A DNA stretch of 64,000 bases from Alphaproteobacteria bacterium (GCA_964291285.2 OZ219785.1:384001-448000); one strand, 5' to 3'. Positions 1-9,052 are shown, counted from the stretch's first letter. Numbers and translations are program-made. Notes: generated from the letters alone by a model not told the origin.

Positions 1-429
1 GCCGAGTTCCTCGCAGTCGGCGGCGAACGTCTCCTGCCATTCTCCCCGGCAGAGCACCGGCTCGGCCACCGCGCGCCAGCGCAGGCCCGTCGTAATGGTC
101 TCGATGGCGCGCCTCGTGCCGGTGCCGTCATGGCCCGCGCGGATGTAGAAACCGAAGGGGCGGCCCTGGGTTTCCTCCAGGCAGGGATAGTAGATGCGGT
201 CGAAGAAGTCCTTCAGCGCACCGCTCATATAGCCGAGATTCTCCGTCGTCCCGAGCAGCAGCGCATCGGCGGCGAGCACATGGTCCGGCGTCGCGTCGAA
301 GGGGCTCAGCACCTCCGTTTCGACGCCCTCGATATCGGGATGGCGCGCGCCGGCCGCCGCGGCGTCCCGCAGCCGGAGCGTATTCGGCGAGGGCGCGTGG
401 GCGACGATCAGCAGGCGGCGGCCGGACAT
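1..429 (-). CDS. Flavodoxin-like (WrbA-family) NAD(P)H-dependent oxidoreductase, runs off window start
   Basis: Hand translation from ATG at 429: MSGRRLLIVAHAPSPNT...LLLGTTENLGYMSGALKDFFDR...GHDGTGT; start overlaps the end of the upstream Ldh gene. Not in the ORF track because its stop lies outside the window. Confidence 0.8.
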   Translation of the reverse strand, partial: MSGRRLLIVAHAPSPNTLRLRDAAAAGARHPDIEGVETEVLSPFDATPDHVLAADALLLGTTENLGYMSGALKDFFDRIYYPCLEETQGRPFGFYIRAGHDGTGTRRAIETITTGLRWRAVAEPVLCRGEWQETFAADCEELG

Positions 430-1499
430 GCCTGCTCCAGCAGGAATGGCGCGCCCGAGCCGGCGGCGACGGCGCGGATCTCTTCGAACAGGGTCCCGGT
501 CATCGGGATGCCGGTCGTGAGCCGTTCGTGGCGCGCGTCATGCTCGGGGTCGCCCGGCACCAGCACCGGCCGGGCCGGGTCGGCCGGCGGCGTCGCCCGC
601 AGCGCCGCCATCAGCGAGCCCAGATCGCCGGCGAAACGCTCATTGAAGAAGGCGGGGTCGAGCGCGAGGAAGAAATGGCCGACCTCAATGAACCGGCCGG
701 GCGCGCCCGTAGCCAGGTCGATGCCGCCCACATTCGCGCCGCCGAGCACGCTGGCGAGTATCTCCACCATCATCGCAAGGCCGTAGCCCTTGTGGCTGCC
801 GAGCGTGCGGCTGCCGCCGAGCGGCGTCAGGCGCTTCGGCTTCGCATTGAAGGCGGCGGCCGCATCGGTCTCGGGCAGGCCGTCCGGGCGCACGGCCCAG
901 CCTTCCGGCAGCGGCTTGCCGGCCCGGCGCGCGATGTTGACCTTGCCGACCGCGACGGTGCTGGTCGCCATGTCGAGCGAGAACGGGTCGCCCTCGGCCG
1001 GGCTCGCGGCAAACGCGATGGGATTGGTGGAGAAGCGCGGCTCGCGGGCGCCGGTCGGCACCACGGAACGCTGGGTCGTGCCGGTGCAGGCGAAGCCGAT
1101 GAGGCCGCGCCCGGCGGCGATGGTGGAATAGACGCCGGCCGCGCCGAAATGGTTGGAATGGACCACGACCGAAACGCCGAGCCCCGTCGCCGCCGCCTTG
1201 TCGCAGGCCCGTTCCATGGCGAAGCGCGCGGGCGGATGGCCGATGCCGTGGCCCGCATCGACCAGGGTCAGCACCGGCCCCTCGCGCAGCGTGCGGACCT
1301 CTGCCAGCGGGTCGATCCTGCCGTCGCGTCGGCGCTGGTCGTAGGTCGGCAGCATGCCGACGCCGTGGCTGTCTATGCCGCGCAGATCGGCCTCGACCAT
1401 GAGCGCCACGGCGGTCTCGACAGGCTCCGGCCGCATGCCCCAGGCGAGGAACACCGCCCGTATCTGCGCCGCCAGCACGCTGTGCGGAACGGTAATCAT
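408..1499 (-). CDS. Ldh_2 family (malate/L-lactate/sulfolactate dehydrogenase-like) oxidoreductase, copy B
   Basis: MITVPHSV... with GIDSHG, SNHFGAAG, TNPIAFA, LDMATS and GSHKGYGL motifs; ATG overlaps the stop of copy A (ATGA). Confidence 0.9.
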   Translation of the reverse strand: MITVPHSVLAAQIRAVFLAWGMRPEPVETAVALMVEADLRGIDSHGVGMLPTYDQRRRDGRIDPLAEVRTLREGPVLTLVDAGHGIGHPPARFAMERACDKAAATGLGVSVVVHSNHFGAAGVYSTIAAGRGLIGFACTGTTQRSVVPTGAREPRFSTNPIAFAASPAEGDPFSLDMATSTVAVGKVNIARRAGKPLPEGWAVRPDGLPETDAAAAFNAKPKRLTPLGGSRTLGSHKGYGLAMMVEILASVLGGANVGGIDLATGAPGRFIEVGHFFLALDPAFFNERFAGDLGSLMAALRATPPADPARPVLVPGDPEHDARHERLTTGIPMTGTLFEEIRAVAAGSGAPFLLEQACPAAAC

Positions 1500-2530
1500 G
1501 CATGCTCCAGCAGGAAGGGCGCGCCGGAACGCGTGCAGACGTCGCGCAACTCCTCGAAGAGCGTGCCGGTCATCGGGATGCCGTTGGCCTTGCGCTCGGC
1601 ATGGGCTGCATATTCCGGGTCGCCGGCGACCATGACGGGCTGCGCGGGGTCGGCGGGCGGCGTCGCGCGCAGCATGTCGAGCAGCCGGTCCATGTCGGCC
1701 TCGAAATCCCCCTCCCCGCGCAGGTGCGAGGGATCGACGGCGAAGAAGAAATGCCCGGTCTCGTGGCCGAGGCAGCCGGAGAGCGTCGCGCAGAGGATCT
1801 CCACCATGGCGCCGAGGCCGTAGCCCTTGTGGCCGCCCAGCTCGCGCGTGCCGCCGAGCGGCGTCAACCGCCCGACATCGTGCCCGTGCGGCGCATCCGT
1901 GATCGGCGCGCCGGAACGGTCCACCATCCAGCCTTCCGGCAGCGGCTTGCCGGCGCGGCGCGCGATCGAGACCTTGCCGAACGCGACCGTGCTGGTCGCC
2001 ATGTCCAGCGCGAAGGGCCGGTTCGCCGCGGCCGGGGCGGCGAAGCCGATGGGGTTGGTGCCGAGCGCGGCATCGGCGCCGAACGTCGGGGCCACCTGCT
2101 TGGTCGGCGCATTGGTGAGCGAGAGGCCGACCAGCCCCTCTTCCGCCGCCATGCCGGAATAGTAGCCGGCAGCGCCGTAATGGTTGGAGTTGCGCACCGC
2201 GACCGCCGCCGCGCCCACCTGCCGCGCCTTGTCCATGGCGGTCCGCATGGCGAGCATAGCGGGCGGGTGGCCGAGGCTCCGCCCGGCGTCGATGAGCGCC
2301 AGCGCGCCCGTCTCGCGCTCGATGCGGATGTCGGGCCTCGGCTCGATGCGGCCCTCCTCCTTCGCCTTCTGGTACCAGGGCAGCATGCCGACGCCGTGGC
2401 TGTCGATGCCGGCGAGGTCGGTCTCGACCATGACATGCACGGTCGTCTCGATATGGTCGCGCGCCATGCCCCAGGTCTCGAAGACCGCGGCGATCTGGCG
2501 GCGAAGCAAGGTGTCGTCGATGGTATGCAT
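1496..2530 (-). CDS. Ldh_2 family oxidoreductase, copy A
   Basis: MHTIDDTLL... with GIDSHG, SNHYGAAG, TNPIGFA, LDMATS and GHKGYGL motifs. Confidence 0.9.
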   Translation of the reverse strand: MHTIDDTLLRRQIAAVFETWGMARDHIETTVHVMVETDLAGIDSHGVGMLPWYQKAKEEGRIEPRPDIRIERETGALALIDAGRSLGHPPAMLAMRTAMDKARQVGAAAVAVRNSNHYGAAGYYSGMAAEEGLVGLSLTNAPTKQVAPTFGADAALGTNPIGFAAPAAANRPFALDMATSTVAFGKVSIARRAGKPLPEGWMVDRSGAPITDAPHGHDVGRLTPLGGTRELGGHKGYGLGAMVEILCATLSGCLGHETGHFFFAVDPSHLRGEGDFEADMDRLLDMLRATPPADPAQPVMVAGDPEYAAHAERKANGIPMTGTLFEELRDVCTRSGAPFLLEHA

Positions 2531-2582
2531 GGCCTCTCCCCCCGCTCCGGCGCATGATAAGCCCGCTTGAGGAGGAAGCGCG

Positions 2583-3032
2583 ATGGCCGAATTCGACACC
2601 CCCGCCGAGGACGCAGACGCGATCCGGGCCTGGTTCGACGAGTGGGGCGCGGAGGTGGCGCGGCGGGATTTCGCCTCCGCGCGCCGGCGCTTCGACCCGG
2701 ATGTGCTCGGCTTCGGCACCTGGATGGACCATGTCGAGGGCCTGGATGCGCTGGAGGCGCGGCAATGGCGCAGCATCTGGCCCGGTATCGAGGATTTCGA
2801 GCACCTGACCGAGGGCCTGCGCTGCATGGTGTCGCCGGACCGGCTGATGGCCTTCGGGATGACGGTGTGGACCTCCACCGGCTTCCACGAGGACGGAACC
2901 GCATACGAACGGCCCGGCCGGACGACGGCGGTCTTCACGCGGGAGAAGCCCGGCGACCCGTGGCGCTGCGTGCACACCCATGTTTCGCTGTTCCGGGATG
3001 TGCCGCAGCGCTCCTGGGGCCGCGGGGCCTGA
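2583..3032 (+). CDS. NTF2/SnoaL-like (YybH-type) protein
   Basis: GAGGAGG RBS; GRTTAVF...WRCVHTHVS C-terminal motif. Confidence 0.8.
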   Translation: MAEFDTPAEDADAIRAWFDEWGAEVARRDFASARRRFDPDVLGFGTWMDHVEGLDALEARQWRSIWPGIEDFEHLTEGLRCMVSPDRLMAFGMTVWTSTGFHEDGTAYERPGRTTAVFTREKPGDPWRCVHTHVSLFRDVPQRSWGRGA

Positions 3033-3045
3033 CGACGGCTGCGGC

Positions 3046-3219
3046 TCAGGCGGGCCGGCCGCGATAAGAGGGGTTCGAGGTCTGCCCGGCGAAACGGGCG
3101 GCGAGGAAGGCCCTGAGCCGGGCGAAGGCGGCGGCGAAGGCCTGGGCCCGCAACTGCCGGCCGCGGGCGACCGCCCGGTCGATTTCGGCTTGGGTGAGGG
3201 TGTAGGGTCTCTGGATCAT
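3046..3219 (-). CDS. 57-aa small protein, RSP_7527-like, divergent from LysR
   Basis: MIQRPYTLTQAEIDRAVARGRQLRAQAFAAAFARLRAFLAARFAGQTSNPSYRGRPA; GGAGACAGGACAG-ATG RBS; below the ORF-track size cutoff. Family resemblance is from memory. Confidence 0.65.
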   Translation of the reverse strand: MIQRPYTLTQAEIDRAVARGRQLRAQAFAAAFARLRAFLAARFAGQTSNPSYRGRPA

Positions 3220-3272
3220 CTGTCCTGTCTCCGGGTTCGGATTTCCGTTGACGCCCCATTTATTGCCGCTTT

Positions 3273-3319
3273 CTTCATTTACAATGAGACGAAAAATGAT
3301 ATGATATTTGCAAATGAAG
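3273..3319. promoter_or_regulatory. Probable LysR binding region
   Basis: AT-rich inverted repeat CTTCATTTACA...TGCAAATGAAG containing a T-N11-A box (TCATTTACAATGA) between divergent genes. Confidence 0.55.
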
Positions 3320-3335
3320 CAAAGATGAGCGCGCC

Positions 3336-4292
3336 ATGAATTCCCTGAACGCCATTCGCCTGTTCACCGCCTCCGTCGATGCCGGCAGCTTCTCCGAGGT
3401 AGGGCGCCGGCTCGGCATGGCGCCTTCCTCGGTGTCGCGGCAGGTCGCGGCGCTGGAGGACAGCGTGGGCGCCCAGCTCATTCACCGCACCACCCGCAAG
3501 CTCAGCCTGACGGAGGCCGGGCGGCTCTATTTCGAGCGCGTCTCGCGCATCCTGGCGGCGCTCGACGAGGCGTCCGCCGCCGTCTCGCATCTGGAGGAGT
3601 CGCCGCGCGGCGTGCTGCATGTCAACGGACCCACGGCCTTCGGCGTCCGCCATGTCGCCCCGGCGCTCCCGGACTTCCTTGCGCGTTATCCGGAAGTGCG
3701 GATCGAGCTCACGCTCACCGACAATTTCGTGGACCTTCTGGAAGTGGGCGCCGATGTCGCCGTGCGCGTGGGCGAGCTCGAGGACTCGAGCCTGATCGCG
3801 CGCCGGCTCGCGCCCAACCGGCGCGTCCTCTGCGCCAGCCCCGGCTATCTGGCCAAGGCCGGATCGCCGGATCGCCCGCAGGACCTCGCGGACCACAATT
3901 GCCTCGTCTATACGCGCCACCACGGCAGTGTGAACTGGAACCTCGGCGGCCCGGACGGGCTCGCGGAAGTGCGCGTCGGCGGCAATCTGCGCACCAACAA
4001 CACCGAGGCGGTCCATGCCGCGGCGCTCGGCGGGCTCGGCATCGCGCTCCTGCCCTCCTGGCTGGTGGGGCAGGAGGTGCAGTCCGGCCGGCTCGTCGAA
4101 GTGCTGCCCGGCTACCGGGCCGCGCCCGGCGCGCTCGACACCGGCATCCACGCCCTCTACCCCGCCGACCGCCACCTCTCCACCAAGGTCCGCGCCTTCG
4201 TGGATTTCATGGTGGAACGTTTCGGCCCCCGCCCCTACTGGGAGGAGACGCCGGAGGGCAGCGCCGGACCGGATCCCCGGATGGCGCGCTGA
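3336..4292 (+). CDS. LysR-family transcriptional regulator (CrgA/DmlR-like)
   Basis: N-terminal HTH GSFSEVGRRLGMAPSSVSRQV...RTTRKLSLTEAG; substrate-binding domain ending KVRAFVDF. Confidence 0.95.
   Translation: MNSLNAIRLFTASVDAGSFSEVGRRLGMAPSSVSRQVAALEDSVGAQLIHRTTRKLSLTEAGRLYFERVSRILAALDEASAAVSHLEESPRGVLHVNGPTAFGVRHVAPALPDFLARYPEVRIELTLTDNFVDLLEVGADVAVRVGELEDSSLIARRLAPNRRVLCASPGYLAKAGSPDRPQDLADHNCLVYTRHHGSVNWNLGGPDGLAEVRVGGNLRTNNTEAVHAAALGGLGIALLPSWLVGQEVQSGRLVEVLPGYRAAPGALDTGIHALYPADRHLSTKVRAFVDFMVERFGPRPYWEETPEGSAGPDPRMAR
4161..4270 (+). repeat. LysR 3' end, copy 1 of a degenerate direct repeat
   Basis: Aligns codon for codon with 5738-5845 (CGCCACCTCTCCACC.AGGTCCG.GC.TTCGT.GAT...). Confidence 0.85.
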
Positions 4293-4390
4293 AAACCGCG
4301 CGCCCGCGTCCGGAATCCCGGCCTGGCGAGGGCGGCCCAAGGCCGGCCGCCGCCGCAGGCAGCGCGGCGCGGCCGCGGACACCTGCGGAA

Positions 4391-4417
4391 TGTCATGAAG
4401 TGTCATGTTTTGTCATG
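4391..4417. repeat. Three TGTCATG heptamers with 10-bp period
   Basis: tgtcatgaag tgtcatgttt tgtcatg, spanning the stop codon of the terminase-like gene. Confidence 0.8.
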
Positions 4418-5392
4418 GTCGGGGGCGGAACCGGCGTCCTCCGGGCCGGTCCTCCGCTTCTTCCCCTTCTTCTTTTTCTGCTTCTTCCTCCTCGCCGCCG
4501 GTCCGCTCCAATCGTCGTCTTCGTCGCCGCCCCGCTCTTCCCGTTCGAGGCGGCTCTGCCTGCGTTCCTCGACCTCCTCCGGGGCCCAGGGGTCGTAGAT
4601 GTCGTCGTAGCCGTTGCGGCGCTGGTATAGCCAGTCATGTTCGGCGCCGTCGGCCCGGTCGTCGTCGGTGCTGTCCTCGTGGCCGGGCGTGTCGGCGGCG
4701 GCCCACGGGCAGTCTTCGTAGGTCTCCTCCGGCGGGTCGTCGGCCGGCGGCAGGTCGTTTGCCGGCGCGGGCGGGGGGCCGAAGCCGACGGGCAGGCGGG
4801 AGCGCTCCTCGACGGCCGCGGCGAGCCTGCGGGCGGCCTCCTCATGCGCGGCCCCGTCGAAGCCCTCCTGCGCCTCCATCTCCTCGCGCCGCTCGCGGTG
4901 GCGGGCGAGCGCCCTCTCGGCCCGGTCCCGCCCCCGGCGCACGGCGTCTGCGAGCGGTCCGGGTTCGGTGCCGGTCTCCTGCGCCTCGCCCGCCTCGATC
5001 TCGCCGAACTCGTCCTCGTGCGGCAGCGGCCAGAGCCGGGCGCGGTTCGCGCCGGCCGGACTGACAAGCCCGGCGACCTCGGCCTGGAAGCGCAGTACCC
5101 GAAGCATCATGTAAGCCGAGCCGCTGGCGACGGCGGCGTCCCAGGCCTGCTCCGAGCGGGCGAGCAGGATGCGGGCCTCGTCGCGTTCGGTGCGCTTCCA
5201 GGACAGGCGGATGCGGCGCACGCGCTCAACGATGTAGGGCCGCTCCAGCAGGGCGCATCCGGTCTGCCTTGCGGAGCGCTCGGCATAGCCGGCCTGCCTT
5301 GCGGCGTCTGCGGCATTGCCGGAGGCGGTGTAGTGGCGGCAGAAGGCCTCCTGGCGGGTGGAAAGCGCGACGGCGGGGTCGATGACGGGCAT
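4403..5392 (-). CDS. Orphan terminase small subunit-like protein (N-terminal HTH) with long low-complexity C-terminus
   Basis: LSTRQEAFCRHYTASGNAADAARQAGYAERSARQTGCALL matches the Terminase_2-type HTH; AAGGAG upstream of ATG 5392. Confidence 0.75.
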   Translation of the reverse strand: MPVIDPAVALSTRQEAFCRHYTASGNAADAARQAGYAERSARQTGCALLERPYIVERVRRIRLSWKRTERDEARILLARSEQAWDAAVASGSAYMMLRVLRFQAEVAGLVSPAGANRARLWPLPHEDEFGEIEAGEAQETGTEPGPLADAVRRGRDRAERALARHRERREEMEAQEGFDGAAHEEAARRLAAAVEERSRLPVGFGPPPAPANDLPPADDPPEETYEDCPWAAADTPGHEDSTDDDRADGAEHDWLYQRRNGYDDIYDPWAPEEVEERRQSRLEREERGGDEDDDWSGPAARRKKQKKKKGKKRRTGPEDAGSAPDHDKT

Positions 5393-5737
5393 GGTGTGCG
5401 GCTCCTTTGGTTCCGCTTCGGTTCGACGGCCATGCCGCCCCGGCATCGGAGCGACCCTTATCCGCGCGTATCCTGCGCGCGCCTGTGCCGGCGCGGGCGG
5501 GTGTCGGCGCCGGCGCGGTTCGCGCGCCTGATTGCGCGGGCGCGAGGCAGGCACAGGACGCACCTCGCCTGTCGGCTGAATCGGGGTCGTTCCGCACCGG
5601 GCCGGCGCGGGCGGGAAGCGGTCCGCGCGGACTTCGCTCACCTCGGACCCATTGTAGCACATTTTCCTAAAATGCAAGTCATGTTCTAGAATTTTTTCAA
5701 AATATGCGAACAAACAGTCGGCAAGCCCTCCCGTCTC

Positions 5738-5845
5738 CCCACCGGCCGCCACCTCTCCACCGAGGTCCGGGCTTTCGTCGATCTGCCGGTCGAACGCTGC
5801 GGTCCCGTCCCTACCGGGAAGACCCGCCGAAGGGCGCCGCAGACG
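5738..5845 (+). repeat. Decayed second copy of the LysR 3' end
   Basis: Translates PTGRHLSTEVRAFVDLPVERCGP (1-bp deletion follows) versus LysR PADRHLSTKVRAFVDFMVERFGP. Confidence 0.85.
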
Positions 5846-6380
5846 CATCCCCGGTGCGTTGAAAGTCGGCCGCCTGCATCCCGTATCTCAGCACTTCCAG
5901 TCCGAAGGCGCGGACGAGGCCGGGGCCGCGTCTCATGCCGAGGCGCTCCAGCACCGCGATGGAGGAGGCGTTTTCCGGCAGGACGAAGGCCGCAATCTCC
6001 GGCAGCGCCAGCCTGTCGAACCCGTATGCCAGCGCGGCGCGCCCGCCTTCGGTCGCATAGCCCCGTCCCTGGACCGCGGGGTCGATCAGGAAGAGGAGCT
6101 CGGTCTCGCCGAACTCCGGCAGGCGCCTAAGGCCCAGATGCCCGACAAGGCGGCCCGAGGCGCGTTCGACGACCGCCCAGGGGCCGTAGCCATCCTGGTT
6201 CCACGCCTCGCGGAACGCCGCAAGCGTCGCATCGGACCGGCGCGCGGCTTCGGCCGCGTCCTCCGTATGGCTCGGCAGGAAGCGCGTCACGCCGGGCTTG
6301 CCCCGTATCGCCCGGTAGGCCGGCCCGTCGCCCTCCTCGAAGGGCCGCAGCAGCAGGCGGCCGGTATCCATCCGGGTCAT
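5811..6380 (-). CDS. GNAT N-acetyltransferase (RimJ/RimL type)
   Basis: TGRLLLRPF, QGRGYATE and PENASSIAVLERLG motifs. Confidence 0.9.
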   Translation of the reverse strand: MTRMDTGRLLLRPFEEGDGPAYRAIRGKPGVTRFLPSHTEDAAEAARRSDATLAAFREAWNQDGYGPWAVVERASGRLVGHLGLRRLPEFGETELLFLIDPAVQGRGYATEGGRAALAYGFDRLALPEIAAFVLPENASSIAVLERLGMRRGPGLVRAFGLEVLRYGMQAADFQRTGDASAAPFGGSSR

Positions 6381-6399
6381 GCCGCCGTCCTGCCGGCGC

Positions 6400-6927
6400 T
6401 CAGGTCCGCCGCTTGGGCTTGCCGTGGACGTGGGGCGGCAACGGTTCCGGCGGACCGCCGGGGCGGAGCGGGCGGGGGGCGAAGCGGCCGAGGGTCAGCG
6501 CCCGGTCGTACATCACGATGGCGCCCGCCATGGCGACATTGACGCAGAAGGATGTGGGAATTTGCACGACATGGCTGCAGCGCTCCAGCACCGGCCCGGA
6601 GAGCGAGTCGCGCTCGGGACCCAGCACATAGGCCGCGCGGGCCGGATGGCGGAAGCTCGGCAGCGCCACAGCCTCGTCCAGCAGTTCCACGCCCACCAGC
6701 GCGCAGCCGCGCGGCAGCACCATGGCGTCCGCATCGGGAAAGGCATAGAGCGGCACCCGGCCCGGCGCACGGGACGTGTCGCCGCCGCCGCGCCCGGCCC
6801 CCTCGGCATAGCTCGCGCCCACGGTGAACAGGAAACTCGCGCCGAAGGCCTGCGCCGAGCGGAACAGGTTTCCGGCGTTGAGCGGCTTGCTCAGCCCCTC
6901 GACGCCGATGCCGAAATAGCCTTTCAT
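6400..6927 (-). CDS. SpoU/TrmH family RNA methyltransferase
   Basis: MKGYFGIGVE...NAGNLFRSA...YVLGPE...CVNVAMAG SPOUT motifs. Confidence 0.9.
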   Translation of the reverse strand: MKGYFGIGVEGLSKPLNAGNLFRSAQAFGASFLFTVGASYAEGAGRGGGDTSRAPGRVPLYAFPDADAMVLPRGCALVGVELLDEAVALPSFRHPARAAYVLGPERDSLSGPVLERCSHVVQIPTSFCVNVAMAGAIVMYDRALTLGRFAPRPLRPGGPPEPLPPHVHGKPKRRT

Positions 6928-6965
6928 GACGCGGCCGATTCTGGACATGGGAGGCGGGGCTGTCC

Positions 6966-7976
6966 ATGCGCGCGGTGGTCGTGGATGACTGGAAGCCGTT
7001 CGACGAACTCGAAATCCGGGAGATGCCGCCGCCCGAACTCGGGCCGCGGCATGTGCGCATCAGCGGACGCGCCTGCGGCGTCTCCTTCGCCATGTCGCTG
7101 GTGGTGCAGGGCCGTTACCAGCGCCGGCCGCCGCGCCCCTTCGTTCCGGGCAGCGAATATGCGGGCGTCGTCACCGAGGTCGGTGCCGAGGTCACGCGCT
7201 TCCGGCCGGGCGACCGGGTGCTGGCGGTGCTCGACTGGGGGGCGCTGGCGGAGGAGGCCGTCGCGCTGGAGGTGAACACCTTCGCGATCCCGGAAGCCAT
7301 GGAATTCCGCCACGCCATCGCCTTCACCAACTCCTACCACACCTCATATGCCGCGCTTTGCTGGCCGAACATGCTGCGGCTCGCCAAGGGCGAAACGCTG
7401 CTCGTGCACGGCGCGGCGGGCGGCGTCGGCATCGCGGCCGTCGAGATCGGCAAGATCGTCGGTGCGCGCGTCATCGGCACGGCCGGCTCGGAGGAGAAGC
7501 TGGCGGCCGCGCGCCGGCATGGCGCGGACCATGTCATCAACTACCGCGAGGCCGATTTCCGCGAGGAGGTGCTGGCGCTGACCGACGGGCGCGGCGCCGA
7601 TGTCATCTACGACCCGGTCGGCGGCGAGGTGTTCGAGCGCTCGCTGCGCTGCATCGCCTTCGAGGGGCGCATCATGCCGGTCGGCTTCGCCGGCGGCGCG
7701 ATCCAGCAGATCCCGGCCAATATCCTGCTGGTGAAGACGGTGAGCGTGATCGGGCTGAATTTCGGCACCTATGTCGGCTGGAGCCCGAACGACATCCGCT
7801 ACGAGGTCGAGGACCGGATGCGGGCCGGCATGACGCAGCTGTTCGCCTGGTTCGAGGAAGGCCGCCTCAAGCCGCATGTCGAGCAGACCTTCCCGCTGGA
7901 CGGGTTCCGGGACGCGATGGCGGCCGTGCTCGGACGCCGCGCGATCGGCCGGGTCGCCATCGTCATGGGGGCATAG
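6966..7976 (+). CDS. NADPH:quinone oxidoreductase (MDR family)
   Basis: PFVPGSEYAG and LVHGAAGGVG motifs; GGAGG RBS. Confidence 0.9.
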   Translation: MRAVVVDDWKPFDELEIREMPPPELGPRHVRISGRACGVSFAMSLVVQGRYQRRPPRPFVPGSEYAGVVTEVGAEVTRFRPGDRVLAVLDWGALAEEAVALEVNTFAIPEAMEFRHAIAFTNSYHTSYAALCWPNMLRLAKGETLLVHGAAGGVGIAAVEIGKIVGARVIGTAGSEEKLAAARRHGADHVINYREADFREEVLALTDGRGADVIYDPVGGEVFERSLRCIAFEGRIMPVGFAGGAIQQIPANILLVKTVSVIGLNFGTYVGWSPNDIRYEVEDRMRAGMTQLFAWFEEGRLKPHVEQTFPLDGFRDAMAAVLGRRAIGRVAIVMGA

Positions 7977-7978
7977 CG

Positions 7979-9052
7979 GTGGCGCGGACCGGCGTCGTTC
8001 CGGCCGGGCTTCTGGCGCTCCTTCTCGCCGCCTGCTCCGGCGTGGACCGCCCGGGCGTGCCCGCAACCGGGGCCGAGAGGCAGGAGGCGCGCCGCCTGTT
8101 GCAGGCGAGCGCCATTCCCCGGAACAGGCAGCTCGACGAAGCGGGCCAGCACGCCTCGCTCGCGCGCGTCGTCCGCCATATCCGCCCGGCGGCGCATCGC
8201 GTCTGCCAGCGCATGCGGGGCGCGAATTGCAGCGCGATCCTGACACGCAGCCCCATCCGCTCGAGAAGCCGGGAGATCAACGCCCATGTCGATGGCAGCC
8301 ACCGGGTGACGATGAATGCGGGCCTGCTGAGCGCCGCCGGGTCGGACGAGGAAATTGCGGCGGTGCTGGCGCACGAATACGGCCATGTCATCGCCGACCA
8401 TATCGACAAGCGCATGGAGGATGCCGGCGTCGGCGCGCTGGGCGGGCTTCTCGCGGGCACGCTCGTCGGGGCTGCGATCTGCGACCGGTCGGACGGGGAC
8501 TGCCTCGGACGGTCGGCGGAAACTTTCGGGAATCTTGGCATGGGCGTCGGTGCGCTCGCTTATTCGCAGCAGCACGAGCTGGAGGCGGACTACTATTCGG
8601 CGCTCATTCTGGCGGAAGCCGGCGTGCCGCTGGAGGCGGGCGAAAAGATGCTGCTGCGGCTCGCGCGCACCAGGGAGGGCCGGGAAGGCGGCTACGGCCC
8701 GCTCGGCATGGCGATGGCGCGCACGCATCCCGCGAATGACGAGCGCATCGCCCGCTGGATCGCAAACCGGCGCGCGCTCGAATACGCTCTTGCAAAGGGG
8801 CTTTTCACGGATGCCGAACTGGCCGCAGAAGCCAGACGCCTTGCAGCCGACACCGGCATCGACACGCGGTGGGCGAACCCCCGCACCGGACATAGCGGGA
8901 TCGTATCCGTGAAGAAATGGTGGCGCCGGCATGGCGGCGGTGGTGACTGTATTCACTATCATTGGAAGAGCTGGCAGGCAGCGGGACGCGCGGAAACACA
9001 AGGCGAGGAAACGGCCTGCAGACGGGACGGCGGACCGTGGCGGACGGGATAG
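7979..9052 (+). CDS. M48 family metallopeptidase lipoprotein with C-terminal 17-kDa surface-antigen-like domain
   Basis: GTG start; lipobox LLAAC; HEYGH zinc motif; ELEAD; THP; C-terminal WANPRTGHSG...C...ACR. Confidence 0.8.
   Translation: MARTGVVPAGLLALLLAACSGVDRPGVPATGAERQEARRLLQASAIPRNRQLDEAGQHASLARVVRHIRPAAHRVCQRMRGANCSAILTRSPIRSRSREINAHVDGSHRVTMNAGLLSAAGSDEEIAAVLAHEYGHVIADHIDKRMEDAGVGALGGLLAGTLVGAAICDRSDGDCLGRSAETFGNLGMGVGALAYSQQHELEADYYSALILAEAGVPLEAGEKMLLRLARTREGREGGYGPLGMAMARTHPANDERIARWIANRRALEYALAKGLFTDAELAAEARRLAADTGIDTRWANPRTGHSGIVSVKKWWRRHGGGGDCIHYHWKSWQAAGRAETQGEETACRRDGGPWRTG

Noticed and set aside
408-2981. 857-aa ORF suggesting a large fusion protein
   Set aside because: Only the last 363 aa are real; the upstream part is an off-frame read of the neighbouring paralog.
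4403-5392. Prophage call based on the terminase small subunit
   Set aside because: No large terminase, portal, capsid or integrase nearby; flanks are housekeeping genes.
5683-5698. Possible LexA box (GTTC-N7-GTTC) upstream of the terminase-like gene
   Set aside because: The sequence is GTTC-N8-TTTC; both spacing and second half-site are off.
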